A DNA stretch of 55,445 nucleotides, filler included, from Streblomastix strix (GCA_008636045.1; 2 parts of 2 records of this genome joined end to end with filler, not necessarily neighbours in it), one strand, 5' to 3'; positions 1 through 12,888 are shown, counted from the first letter of the whole stretch. Numbers and translations are program-made. The notes: a model not told the origin generated them from the sequence alone.

Positions 1-314
1 AATAATTGGATGAGAATAATAAAAAGATTTAATAATCGTAGGAAATTATAAACGTTTTATATTAATCGTATCCAGAACTTCGAAAAGATTTTGATGAAAT
101 GAATGAATGGCTTGAATGATGATTTCATGTGTTGATAGAATCAGCCGCAGGCGGAGTCTAACGACATAGCAATTTCATATTTTTTAATCAATTCATTTAT
201 TGTTATCAAATCATTAATATCCACAATTATTTTTTTTAGTTTTTTAATTATTAATAATTTTATAATAATTATTTTATTTAACATTATTTATTTTATTTTT
301 CTATGTGGGGCACT
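1..314. mobile_element. Probable terminal fragment (right end) of a Polinton-family element
   Basis: Ends in ATGTGGGGCACT (303-314), the reverse complement of AGTGCCCCACAT at 45238 that begins the contig B viral fragment, with similar AT-rich sequence inside both ends. It also carries AATCAGCCGCAGGC (~139-152), which is inverted relative to GCCTGCGGCTGATT at ~22103 inside the virus. Confidence 0.35.
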
Positions 315-2082
315 CTCCATATTCTCATAACTACTAACGCTTGCGCTTTTCAACGCTTGCACGTTTCACCATTTCATCCAATCCATTCACTTATTAACCC
401 AGCATAAATTTAAAAATCAGTTTCAATACATGAAACACTAAACTTCTCCCTTCTATACTACTACATATCATCATCGTACTTCATTGAATGCCTCAGCATC
501 GAGTAATGAAAATGTAGTAATATTTGTACAGTAATGGTCGCCTATATATATAAATTAAAAAATAAAAAATGAAAATAAAAAAGTTTATTTTCAGGAATAG
601 TTTTTTTTTTCATAAATGTAATATCGCTTTTCCTAAATTATTAATAGCCTCCATTATCGATTCGCCCCATCGCCTAAATCTATCACCTCCATTCATCTAG
701 CATCAGATGCATAATTAGTATTCATGCATTTATGGCTCAGGTGGCTATTGTTAAATTTCGGATTCTTCTTCTATAATTTCTTCCTTCTAAATTATTTGTT
801 TTGGTAATTTATAGCTTTTAACTTTTTGTTTATATTTCTCTATTTATTTTACAGCGTATTAATTTTATTGTTTAATAAAAGTGTTTTCAGTCCTAAACCT
901 CATTAATTCTTCCAAGTCGAGTTATGGACTTGTGTAATTAATTTATGCCCATTTTGAACTTTTTGTTTATCCTTTCTTTGTTGGGTTATTTTTTAATTGT
1001 TTTCGGATATCTAACTTCACATTGACTATATGAATCTTCCAATTCTTCTTCTTCTTTATTTCGTTGTTCAGTAAAATTTAAAATTCTTCTTCTTCCACTT
1101 AAACCTATTTTTATTCCTGTTTTTTCTTACCAATGCCCCTGTCTCATGCCTATAAAAGCATCTTATTTTATTATGCCTGAGTCAGTGCCCGCGCAGATTT
1201 TTTTCCATCCTCATAAACTTTAGTTTTATCTTTAACTTGCATAATATATCCATTGTCAAAGTATTCGATTTATGTTCCATTCTCAATCAAATTTTTTTAA
1301 TGCACGAGCGTAATTCATTTTAGTATTTTAAAAATGGTAATATGATTAAAGGAATCGAAAGAAATTAATTATATTTGTCGAAATCAAAAAAATAAATGTC
1401 CAATCTTATGCAAAAAGAACTATAAGACTAAGATAAAATAAAACTGTAAATAATCGATGAAGCTTTCAGTCACCAAAAAATAATACCAGTTGAAGAATCA
1501 ACAACAGAAAGGTCTTTAAATTTCACCATAGCCCCTAGATGAATAATATTCAGCAAGAAATCATAAGAAATATAACATAAATAAATGTAAAGATGTAGAA
1601 CGTACCACGGCATAAGTTGAGCCAGAATAGGCTATATAAAAGCTTGCAGAAGAACAGCCGAGAAATATATATCTTTCACATCCAAATCTTGAAGTCTAAA
1701 ATTTGACATCAACGTCATATGGCTCACCATTACCAAATGATATCGTGGTGATGACTTTATTTTCTCCTTTTGATAACTTTATTAAAATTTTGGCACTGAT
1801 TACTTAGAACGAAGAAGATGATGTTGAAATAGTATTATAGGAAGCAATAACCAAGCCGCATACTTGCATACCAAAAAAAAGCTAAAGAAAAAGGATTAAA
1901 TTAGAGTTCAAAAATTTTAATCAAAAATGTATTCGTAAAAGTAATTGATTATGCGCTATTAAATTCAATACAGAAATTATATCGAGTTAATAATGACTTC
2001 ATTCGTCTAAGTGATACTCAAGAGACTGAAATAAATTAAAATGACTTTTGAATCATTAATAGAAACATTTATTTTTAAATAA

Positions 2083-2700
2083 ATGGACTCAGAAATTTTA
2101 AGTTATTTATAAAATCTCGATGAGGATGATTTAGCTAGCGAACAATAATAGTTCTAAATATTGAAATAACGATAGGTTGAGTAAATGAAGTAAATAAATT
2201 AAAAAATCAATTAATGACAATCATTGATAATAAATCATTAAACTGGTTCGCATAATTGTCATATTTTTTTAAAAAAAGCTATCGGCTTGGTTAATCTAAA
2301 AATTAATCAAACAATTGATGGAATTTAAACCTTATTATGGACAATTTACGTAGAAAAAATTATTAAATCAGGTGGAACAGATAATCAATTGCTTTTAGCT
2401 AATGGAGGAACATCAGACATAGAAGATTTTTTGCTAAAGTAACGTTCAATTGCATATGGTGATTTTACTCTATAAACAACTACAGAAGTTGATGCTAAAT
2501 TAGGTTATATAAAATAATTAGTGGAATTAATAAAGATTCAGATATTAATTTATATTTAGGAACTAATGTATATGGCAACATCATTATAATTGACGGCCAC
2601 ACACTGCTTGTTCCTACATTAGAATATAGTTGGTTATGAAATTCAAAATTAACTAATATAACAACAAGGTTCAGAAATGAATAGCCTTTTCAGAAATAAA
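2083..2700 (+). pseudogene. Degraded fibre-like protein fragment
   Basis: Encodes IIKSGGTDNQLLLANGG, the same motif type as FIKSSKDDTSVLLADGG and NDASILLAGGD in the 5537-8621 fibre gene. Frameshifted. Confidence 0.45.
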
Positions 2701-2702
2701 AA

Positions 2703-4227
2703 ATGAAGGATGTAAATATTGTAGATGGAGATATATTTATAGATAAAGATTATAGTTAATTAAAATTTAATGAATAAGAAATTATCGATGAATTTGCAAT
2801 GAGGTATATACAAAGAGATAAATAATTTGACATTTCTCAAAGTGATATTAAGATTGAAATGTCTTAATAAACATGTACATTTCTCTGTAATTGATTGAAA
2901 AGATTGGAAATTCATATTTATGCATAAAAATTTAAGAAAGAAATTATAATCATTGCATTATTTGAGTTTATTAATAGCTTGATTAAGATAGATTGTTTTG
3001 ATGAGGAGATCATTAATGATGTCAATTAATGAATCAGAACTTTGAATACTCTCACAGAATCTGCTAATTAACACTTCGATTCATAACGAGAAAGATATAA
3101 GAATGAAATGACAAATCCTTATATATTGTAAGAAATCATAAGAGATAATTATCCTGAAAAAAATAAAGAAGTAGTTATGAAATAATTTGATAAAACTAAG
3201 AGTGATGACAATATATCTGATAGAACTTCGTCGATAAGTATGGAATCATAGAGTTCATATAGAAGTCTAAATAAAACTTACATTCATATCTCTAAAATGG
3301 ACTTATGTGATCGATTCACATTTGTTGATATTGAAATGAAGATATACAATTAAGAATATGAATGCGATGATGATATTGTAACTGATATGCTTAAGATAAT
3401 GAGAATACTTAATTAGAAGAATTTCATATTCGTAATGAAACGATATGATTCTACTGTAAAAATATGTACATTTGATATATTATCTGATGATGCAGTTTTG
3501 AAGAAGTTATGTAAAACTAAATGAAATGGATTTAGGAAGAAGAACCTAAAAATTATTGAGTTCATTTCAAGAATTTGCTGGAATATTAAGATTACGAGAC
3601 ATATCATTCATAAGTGATGATAAAGATGTATTTTCCATATTCTAAGGCTTGAAACATAAGTTAGTTAATGAAATCAATATGAATACATTATAATTGAACT
3701 TAGATTTTATTAAAGAAGTAATTGCAGCTTACGACAATTATATTTATGAATATATTCTGAACTGGATTAATTTCATTATATAATATCCTGGTGTTCAATC
3801 ATAAGTTGCTATTGAAATTCGTGGAGTATAAGGAATTTGTAAGAATACATTTACTGATGTATTATGTGATCCAATGGCTAGTTACTCTGCTAAGAATATA
3901 ACTGATATTGATGAAATAACTGGCAATTTCAACTCAGTTATTGAAAATAAATCATTGATTGTACTCAATGAATTGAAGAATTTCACGGAATAATGAGCTT
4001 TAAACAGTAATGCATTGAAATTTGTAATCACAAATTATATATATCAAATCAATAAAAAGTTCGTTGCAAGAAGAGATTCATAGAATGTAACGAATCTTAT
4101 ATTCATATCAAATAACTACTGTTCAGTAAAAATAGATGCTACTGAAAGAAGATATTTAGTTTGTTAAACTCGGGATGCTCAAAGATATAATATTGAACAC
4201 TTCGATAAGATACACCAAGTCATTATA
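2703..4227 (+). pseudogene. SF3 (D5/NrS-1-like, DUF5906-type) helicase, 3'-truncated
   Basis: Motifs YILNWINFIIQYPG, degenerate Walker A GVQGICKN, TGNFNSVIENKSLIVLNE, NLIFISNN and ATERRYLV. Internal TGA stops and frameshifts. Cut off by the MITE at 4228. Confidence 0.85.
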
Positions 4228-5044
4228 TGAGAGTGTCCATTTAGTAGAATCACTTCTTATTTTTTCATTTAAAAATTTTTAAAATAATTTTTTGAACAAT
4301 AACTGAAGTTGCAAATTTTTCGATTTGCCTCCGCTATAAAAACGAGCAAAAAATATAATTTTACTTTTTTGTCTTCATAGAAATAATATTATTATTTGAT
4401 TTTTATTAAAAATATATTTTAAAATTTTTTCAGATACATTTATGGACAATTACGATGTTTTTAGCGGCGTGCGTTCGTGAAAACAGAAAATTTTTATTTT
4501 TTCGATATTTTATTCATCACATTATTTCAAATTCATCAATTATTGTAATTTAATATATTATATATTAAAATACTTATTTTATAATTATTCAATTTAATTT
4601 ATCTCAAAAATCGAACACGTATTTTACAAAAAAATATTTAAATTGAAATTTCGCAAATAAGCATAGCTATAATTATAATTTTTATTGGTCCAATTTTTAA
4701 AAAATAAATATAAATAAAGTATTTTACAAAAAAAATAGTAATTAAGCATGAAATGGGCGGAAAAAAAGAAAAATTAAAAAAAAATCGGTTTTCACGAATG
4801 TAAGCCGCTGAAAATGTAGTTTTTGTCCTTCAATATACCTGAAAAAATTTAAAATAATATTTAAAATAAAAATAAAACAATAAGATTAGCTTTCTGCTGT
4901 TGAAAAAACATGAACATATTTTTTGCTTAATTTTTCAGAGGATGCAAATCTAAATGTTTGCAACTCCAATTTTTGTTTATAAATTTATTTTAAATTTTTT
5001 AAATTTAAAAAAAGTAGTGGGTTGTTTGTGAACGGAAACACCCA
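4228..5044. mobile_element. Non-autonomous MITE, Tc1/mariner-like
   Basis: About 260-bp imperfect inverted arms (4231-4490 vs 4785-5043), for example GTTGCAAA...GCAAAAAATAT...TTCGTGAAAAC on both. Termini GAGTGTCC / GGGTGTTTCC, flanked by TA on both sides. Non-coding AT-rich interior. Confidence 0.7.
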
Positions 5045-5046
5045 TA

Positions 5047-5504
5047 TGCGAAACGCCTACATTATCCGTAAGGTGTAGTAGTTCAATTTTTGAAGAAACT
5101 TTACCACTTGACCCATCAGTATGTCGTTGGCTCTTAGATATCATTAGTGAAGACGAACATATGATAAAGGAATCGGTGCATTTCGTATTACCTGAAAATT
5201 AATTGGTTCGGGTTGTTGCTTATACTTTTGACGTCCCTGGAGTTAAATTTAGTTTGAAGTTCAGGATGAAGGATGTTGTGGTAAGTTCTGCAATGACTTC
5301 ACATAAACATTAAATGAGATATCGATAGGGAACGTTAATATTCTGAAACTCGACGTCTAGAAAATAAATTTATTAAGGGATAGCTATAAAATATGTTTAC
5401 AAAAAATAAGAAAAATAACAAGTATTTTAGATTTGGGAGAAATAGCAAGTAAAATTATTAGTGCAGTATCAAAAGGATTAATGACTGTGTTAAATAAAAT
5501 TTGA
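5047..5504 (+). pseudogene. Viral hypothetical protein, 3' part (paralogue of 48779-49393)
   Basis: CETPTLSVRCSSSIFEETLPLDPSVCRWLLDIISEDEH...EGCCG...VLNKI* aligns with the contig B copy. The 5' part is lost at the MITE and there is one frameshift. Confidence 0.7.
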
Positions 5505-5719
5505 TGTCATTTATAAATTATTTTTATTTTTATAAAATGGACGGAGATTTGCATATGCTTGATGTTGTTTTAAATCATGATTAAGTGCTTTATGTTTCAA
5601 GTAAGTATAACACTATTGGCTTAATTAACGAAGTAAAAAATATTGAAAATTTAATAAATATAATTAATGAAGCGCCTGAACCTTATAATCGTTAAGTAAT
5701 TGATGAAATGTTAGATAAA

Positions 5720-6330
5720 AAATTAAATATTTCTGATTAAATCGATGCTTATTCGAAAACGGAAGATGATGCTCTGTTGTTATTGAAAGTTGATAAATCT
5801 GAGCTCATTTATGCATATTCGAAGACAGAAGATGATGAGATGTAAGCACTAAAATTAAATATTTCTGACTAAATCGATGCATACGCTAAATGGGAGGATG
5901 ATGCTCTGCTGTTGTTGATGGTTGATAAATAAGAGCTCATTGATGCATATTCGAAGATTGAAGCTGATGATTTGCTTGCATTAAAATTAAATATTTCTGA
6001 TTAAATCGATGCATATTCGAAGACTGAAGCCGATGACCTACTCGACGACTAATTAAATAAATCTGATTAAATTGATACTAATTCGAAAACAGAAGATGAT
6101 GTTCTGAAGTTTTTGAAGGCTGATAAATCAGAGCTCTTTGATGCATATTCAAAGACCGAAGATGATGAGACGATAGCATTAAAATTAAATATATCTGATT
6201 AAATTGATGCATACAATGAAACTGAAGTCGATTCCCTGCGCGACGATAAATTAATTATTTCTGATTAAATTGATGCATACTCTTAATAAGAAGATGATGT
6301 TCTGTTGTTATTGAAGGCTGATAAAACAGA
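5720..6330 (+). repeat. Coding tandem repeat array 1 of the fibre gene (~57-63 bp units)
   Basis: Recurrent AAATTAAATATTTCTGATTAAATCGATGCATATTCGAAGAC and GATGATGCTCTGTTGTTATTGAAG units. Confidence 0.9.
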
Positions 6331-6618
6331 ACTGGATAACTATGTCTATTTAACATCAACTCAAACGATAACAGGTTAAAAATAATTCAGAATTGTAAGT
6401 GTTTAATGCATATCGAAATTGAAAAAAAATGATGCGTCTATTCTTCTTGCAGGCGGTGATGATATGTTAGTAAGTTCATTGGTATCATAACCATAACTAT
6501 AAGAAGTACAAGATATTGCTTCAGGCAGATCAAAAGGATATATCTTTGCGACGACGGATGAGATGAATACTTGGATGGAAGATTAGGAAAACGTTACTAA
6601 ATTAGCAATAGGCGATAA

Positions 6619-6620
<2 letters not shown>

Positions 6621-6666
<46 letters not shown>
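6621..6666. repeat. (TA)23 microsatellite inside the fibre gene
   Basis: 46-nt TA tract between GDNL and MDKQVMDYW. It shifts the reading frame (codon starts change from 2 to 1 mod 3). Confidence 0.95.
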
Positions 6667-6668
<2 letters not shown>

Positions 6669-7059
6669 GGATAAATAAGTCATGGATTATTGGTAGGATG
6701 GCACAGGTATTCGAGCACTAGAAACGGAACTGCCAGAAATGAGCAACATCATGACTATTCTTGGAGCTGCTACAGGAGGAGGCAATGCAATAAATGATTT
6801 ATCAATTGACGGAAACACAATAATACTTGCGAAAAATAGTTCATTAATAAAGACTAACTATGACGAAACTATTACAGGTTAAAAGACGTTTAATACTACT
6901 ATACACTCAGTCGGAATATCAGTATAGAATTTCGATAATAATTCTGTAGTTTGTGCTGGTGGTGGTGTTAAGGTAATATATGACATTAATGCAAGCATTG
7001 ACTTTTCAAATTATTTCAATAAATCATAAATTTATTCATAAACTGAATCAGATTAAACA

Positions 7060-7800
7060 TTAAATCAAAAATTAAATATTTCCTATTAAATTGATTCATA
7101 CACTAAGACATATGATGATGCGCTGCTGTTGTTGAAGTCTGATAAAACAAAGCTAATCGATGCATATTCGAAGACTGAAGCCGATGTTCTACTCGATGAT
7201 AAATTAAATATATCCGATTAAATTGATGCATATACTAAAAGAGAAGATTATGCGTTGTTGTTGTTGAAAGCTGATAAATCAGAGCTCATTGATGCATATT
7301 CGAAGACAGAAAATGATGCTCTGTTATTATTGAAGGCTAATAAAACTTTATTGATTGATGCACATACAAATGGAGAAGCCGATAATCTGCTCAATAATAA
7401 AGCTGATTCAGGAGTTTCATATACTAAAGGAGAGGATGATGCTCTGTTGTTGTTAAAGTTTGATAAAACATAATTGATTGATTCATATACGAAAGGAGAA
7501 ACCGATAATCTGCTCAATAATAAAGCTGATTCAGGAGTTTCATATACTAAAGGAGAGGATGATGCTCTGTTGTTGTTAAAGTCTGATAAAACATAATTGA
7601 TTGATTCATATACGAAAGGAGAAGATGATGCTCTGTTGTTATTGAAGACAGATAAAACATAATTGATTGATTCATACACTAAAGGAGAAACCGATAATCT
7701 GCTCAATAATAAAGCTGATTCAGAAGTTTCATATACTAAAGGAGAAGATGATGCGTTGATATTGTTGAAGGCAAATCAATAAACAACTTATACCAAAACA
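7060..7800 (+). repeat. Coding tandem repeat array 2 of the fibre gene, with near-identical ~123-bp duplications
   Basis: GATAATCTGCTCAATAATAAAGCTGATTCAG(G/A)AGTTTCATATACTAAAGGAGA occurs three times (~7381, ~7504, ~7693). Confidence 0.9.
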
Positions 7801-8668
7801 GAAATTGATTTTTTGATATCATAAGTTGAAGTTGGTGATGTTGATTTAAGTGGATATACGACCTTAGGTACTGCATTGATAATAACAGCAAACAAGATTT
7901 TCAATAATGCTAGTAGATTCATAAGTTCTATCGATGGAATTGCAACAATTACAGGCGCATCGTTTATTAAATCAAATGCAGATGACAGTGTTGTATTATT
8001 TGGAGCTTGTGGAACAAAAACCAATCTCTGAATTTTCCAGTTCAGTTGATGATTCAAACTATGTAAAAAAAAGATGGTAATGTATGAGATATTTAAGGAA
8101 TTTTACGAAAAATGACGTTTGATTATCGATATCCTGAACCAATAGATGATGATTATATGACATTGGGCGCAGTAAAAAGCGAATTCGTTTCATCTATCTA
8201 TAGCGATTCAATTAATGGCATTCTAACAGCAACATAATTTATAAAATCAAGCAAGGATGATACATCGGTTTTATTGGCAGATGGTGGCGACCGATTATTA
8301 CCATCATTTTGAGGGATTGAAGATTTAATATCATCTGCATTTTCTGGTATGAATAGTGCAGTAATAAAATATAAATTTATTAGAATCGGAAATCTGTATA
8401 TATTTTCATTACTTGCTAATGGAAGAAATTATAACGCAAGAACTTTTAATCCTTACTACTTAGTTTAGGATAATGTTGATGATATAACATATATATAATT
8501 TCCGAATAATACTGTCGATAAAAGTTGTTATGTATCGATTATTCATTCAATTGGATTAATTTCCTTAAAATCAATAACAAACACATATATTTAATGTGCA
8601 TCTGCTACATGGTTTAAATGAAACCCTTGAAATTGTTTGGATTAATTATTTATTTTTATTGAATATAA

Positions 8669-10343
8669 ATGTCGAACGTTTATATCGATGAAGGATTGTT
8701 AGATGCTGCTGGTTTATCTGACTTCCCAGAATTATACGCGTATATCAAAGAACGTTATCCTAAACCTATTGGAGAGCTACCGCAACCTGTACCTATTGGA
8801 GACCAAACTCTGCAATAGCAGGTGAAAAATAATAACAATATTATCTATACTTCTGGAGATTCAAATGAAGAGTTCGTACAACCAGTGCCGAATACTATAA
8901 CGAAATTGGATTTGAGTTCATAATTAGAGCGATAAAGTTTCTTAGCATCCAGTGGTTCAGATCCAAAATTAATCGTTAATGGCGATAAAATTATTCTCAT
9001 AGCACCATATGCAACAACAGGTCTATTTCTGAAAGGATATTTATTCAAAAGTTATCCAGCTGAAGTAAGACCAAAATTGGGTGATTAAGAGATTGCATTA
9101 GTTGGAACCGACATATCTAATATATATAATATATTTTGCTGTATCGATTAAAATGGGCCATGTATTATAAGCTCTAGGTAGCTGCCATTAAATACTGTTC
9201 TTATGCATAATATTACATACTATAAGTAATATAAATCATCAAAGAAAATAAATTATGATGAGAATAATGACGGAAAAATAGATATTACGGATATATGGAA
9301 TGTTAATGGAAAAGGATCATTTGAAGCATAATCGTATGTCTATGAAACAGTTAAAAAATAAACAGATTTAATCGAGGCGGGAGTGTAAGGACTAAATAGA
9401 ATTAATTATTTGAACAGTGAAATTAAATTAATGGATGAACTCCCGATATATAAAGCAGATAGAGCAGCATATCTTATTAAAGATGGACCATTAATTTCAT
9501 ATAGTTTTGGAGCAAAATTGGCACAATTAGGTGCTAACTCTGATACGTAATAAACCATATATAAATTATTCTTGATAATCAGAAAAAAAAGTTCTACCAC
9601 CTAATACGAAATATATGCCTATTCATGTCGAATAACAGGAATTTTCTGCTATGTGTTTGTTCAAAGATATTTATGATAAATCGTCTGCTATTTTGATGGT
9701 CGTTAATGGATAATTAAATATGCTAGATTGTGAACTCCAAGGAACGTATATCCTTGATAACTATGCGAACAGCACAAACGCGAACGAATCAGCATGAAAT
9801 TAAGCATTATCAGAAGAACCTGACTCTTTCATCGACGAAGTAATAATAAAGCATGAAAAATAATTGGGTTAATTACCACAACCACAATATACGATAACAA
9901 ATATCTTTAATCAATTTGTAATAAATTATTTTTTACCATCATCAGCATTTAATGCGTTCTATACCGTTGATGAAAGCACTTGCAGAGTATGCGTATTCAA
10001 CCTATATTTTGAATCAAAAGGTTTGCAAGGGAGAATATAAGAAGTTGGTCGTATTCCTGATTCAGTAGTGCCTGCTAATGGTAAAAGTTTGGGCTTCCCT
10101 GCAGCAATATATAGATCTTAGAGCTGAAAATAGAATAATTTTTCTGTGAATTATTATATTGAAAATACATAATTTAAAACGCTATACTTTTAATTATCTG
10201 AATAATAATAACCAATCCCATAAAATTCAGATGATGTTTATAAATATTGTGCAAGTGGAATGAAATATTTGTGAAAAACAGCGCCAGCAACATCAACGAA
10301 AAGCGTTATTTTGGAACGAGAAAATGGTGTAGTTAATGAATGA
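8669..10343 (+). pseudogene. Second putative fibre / receptor-binding-like protein
   Basis: MSNVYIDEGLLDAAGLSDFPELY... with repeated beta-rich modules carrying YPAEVRP and IPDSVVP motifs, reminiscent of the LPxxxRP motif of phage receptor-binding domains. Several TGA stops and frameshifts. Confidence 0.5.
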
Positions 10344-10426
10344 CTTTTAACTGCACCGTGTGCATCGAGTCAAAAACTGTTATGAAAAGCTGTGGCCAAC
10401 TGGACAACTGGCCAATAATTGAGAAA
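10291..10426 (+). repeat. Intergenic iteron repeat, copy 1 (+)
   Basis: ATGAATGACTTTTAACTGCACCGTGTGCATCGAGTCAAAAACTGTTATGAAAAGCTGTGGCCAACTGGACAACTGGCCAATAATTGAGAAA. Confidence 0.9.
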
Positions 10427-10500
10427 CATTAAAAAAATAAAATCATTTATTCAAATCCAAAATAATACATATAAATTTTTATTTTTTTATAAATAAATTT

Positions 10501-10761
10501 ATGGCTACAGACATCTTTTCAAAAATCAAATAATTAGTTTAAAAAGTTTGGAAAGGTCTATAATGGGCTAATGATAACGTTTATAAACCATTCATAAAAC
10601 CATTTGCTAAACCAATACTTGGAACACTAGGTCCTGTTGGCTAAACAATAGATAAAAGTTTAGATGTTGCTAGTTCATTTCTTGATCATAGTTATGGTGC
10701 AGATAAAAATGGATAATTTAGATAAGATTTTGATACTTTAAGAAACGACGAATATTTATGA
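10501..10761 (+). CDS. Small protein with an N-terminal amphipathic helix
   Basis: Open 86-codon frame MATDIFSKIKQLVQKVWKGLQWANDNVYKPFIKPFAKPILGTLGPVG... lying between repeat copies 1 and 2. Confidence 0.65.
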
Positions 10762-10851
10762 TAAAAATTACCCATTGATATACAGAGTCGAAGAATATAA
10801 TTATAGAATCAATGAAAAACATAAGCATTAACGTTTGAAATTATAATTATT

Positions 10852-10950
10852 TTTCATAATTATTGGCCAGTTGGCCAGTTGGCCACAGCTTTTTATAAAA
10901 GTTTCTGACTCAATCCACCCAATCCACTCGGTCCATAAATATTCAATAAA
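10852..10950 (-). repeat. Intergenic iteron repeat, copy 2 (-)
   Basis: TTATTGGCCAGTTGGCCAGTTGGCCACAGCTTTTTATAAAAGTTTCTGACTC followed by variant 9-bp iterons. Confidence 0.9.
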
Positions 10951-11000
10951 TGATTTTTATTACATTGAGTATTTATTTAACTATTTCATTTTTTTATTGA

Positions 11001-12718
11001 ATGTAAAAGATGAATAGATTCTTAATGAAAGCCACATATTTACAATAAGCAGGGACGATTGAAGAAACATTATTAGGTAATGCCGTTGTTCCATTTACTA
11101 ATGACGGAGAACATCATTATTCAATCAAGGAAATCAAACCAGAATCATAAATGTCAGCATTATTTGATAAGGAGATAATCATAAGTTTATCAGATACTGA
11201 CCACGACATCACATAGATATAAAATTCGTTCTTGTCGGTAGTGCTAACAGCTAATATCTAACTTGATTATAAATTTGAAAAAATTGACGAATCATATAAA
11301 GACGGATTGGTTCTATTCGTAGGTCTCAAATCAGGTTCAAATCTTGTTCGCGAATATACCATATATCATAGAGGTGAAACAATTGATGGAAATCTATAGA
11401 GTAACGCAACAGCAGAGTCATTTATTTATAATACAATCAAGCCAAAAAGTGAGAAAAATAATAGAAAACATATTCATTCCCTTTATGAGAATAATCAAAA
11501 ATTTGATACTTCAGCGTGTGAAACATATATAGGTATGCGAGAGATTGAAGAGCTAATATGAAATCAAACAGTTATTCTATATACAATTCCAATACGTTTC
11601 GGAGTAAGCATTGCAGTTGATGACCTCTTGGTATTCTCTGCATTTACTGATTATCTTAATGGCTTATTTGGTGATTTAAAAATAAAATTCAAAATAAATC
11701 CTCAAACTTTCGTTTCCTGTTAAGTAAATCCAATAATTTCAATGGTTAAATATTATACAATGAATAAAGATGAGTTATTTAGTAGTTAGTAGAAGCTAAT
11801 GGATATCGATATGATGTTCAGAAATTGGAGTTTGACATTCTAATACACAAAATAATTTACATAATTAGGATGCTCTGCTGACTTGATAACAGGATTACAT
11901 GCGGAACCACTAACTGAGTCAGGATTGAAGAACTTGATATGCGACATCAAGCCCGTAACCATAAGCATAAAAAATTATGTCATTACAGAGGTCACGGCTA
12001 ATATGGCAGGTTATAAAGCTACTGATGCATGCCTTAATCGAGTCCGTTAATTCTACAGCTAACGTCCATTTGTTGTTCCTGCTCAGCGTGTGGAAGTATG
12101 GCCATTTCCAACGAGTGCCACGTTAACGGGAATACGAACATCTTAAAATATTCCTCTGTCTCACGTAACCGACTTCTGTCCTCTATTTCCAAAAGATGCA
12201 AGAGCTACGACTTGCTTTGAAAATCCTTGCTATTAGTACATGCAAGTAACAACCTGCGGAAGTAATTTCCCAGATATGCCTATGAATACTATTGACCAAT
12301 AATTCATCTAATTATAACTCAATGCGTCAATTCTTGATTTACTGTTCGAAACCACTGATGAGTTTGATGATGTTTTAACGACACCAAGAAATACAGCAAC
12401 TCGAAAACTTAATCCGCACACTGATTTAACAAGTTTTTCGATAACTCTTTAATGTGAAAGGAACAGCAACGGAGCACTAATTTTCGATGGACTAGACACT
12501 CAGAATTAAATACATCTGTCGAACTTAGAGGAGCATCAATATATCAAGGAGCAACAGATTCATACTACAATGTTGATACTGGTAGAAAAAGACTACCACT
12601 TCCGATTTTATGTACAGTTCATGATACATTTTGGTTGTTTTCACCTGCTGCGGGCGGAAGCTGAATATATGATTCAAATCATTCATTTGATGAAGTTATT
12701 GGACCACTTAGTTCATGA
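11001..12718 (+). pseudogene. Putative double jelly-roll major capsid protein
   Basis: About 570 beta-rich codons (LFVGLKSGSNLVREY...FVVPAQRVEV...CFENP...CERNSNGALIFDGLDT...VHDTFWLF). Its size and position next to the penton-like and ATPase genes fit a Polinton MCP. Two in-frame TGA and one frameshift (~12510). The fold assignment is inferred. Confidence 0.65.
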
Positions 12719-12888
12719 AAGAATGAAGTGCCTGAGTACTTTAATCCGTTTATGTTTATACATTTTTTATTTTTTTAATTTACATATATAACTAACACCT
12801 AAACATTAATATAGTTAATTAAATAGGTCATTAGTTATATTCCCATTAATGATTTTTTTCACTTATTTTATAATAGATAGCTTCAAAT

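Larger units (their letters stand above)
5537..8621 (+). pseudogene. Long repeat-rich fibre/spike-like protein
   Basis: ATG at 5537 (MDGDLHMLDVVLN). Open under TAR=Gln through tandem 19-21 aa repeats (IDAYSKTEDDALLLLKADKSEL, YTKGETDNLLNNKADSGVS), plus TQTITGQKxF and FIKS..D.SVLLADGG motifs typical of phage tail-fibre-like proteins. Ends ATWFK*. Frameshifts at the (TA)n tract and near 8020-8070. Confidence 0.7.

Noticed and set aside
560..2050. Possible small genes (minus strand ~600-1260, plus strand from 1396)
   Set aside because: Coding-like but fragmented, with no recognisable motif. Boundaries and product cannot be supported.
5537..8621. Diversity-generating retroelement acting on the fibre gene
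   Set aside because: No reverse transcriptase and no template/variable repeat pair with adenine-specific differences was seen. The repeats are ordinary coding tandem units.
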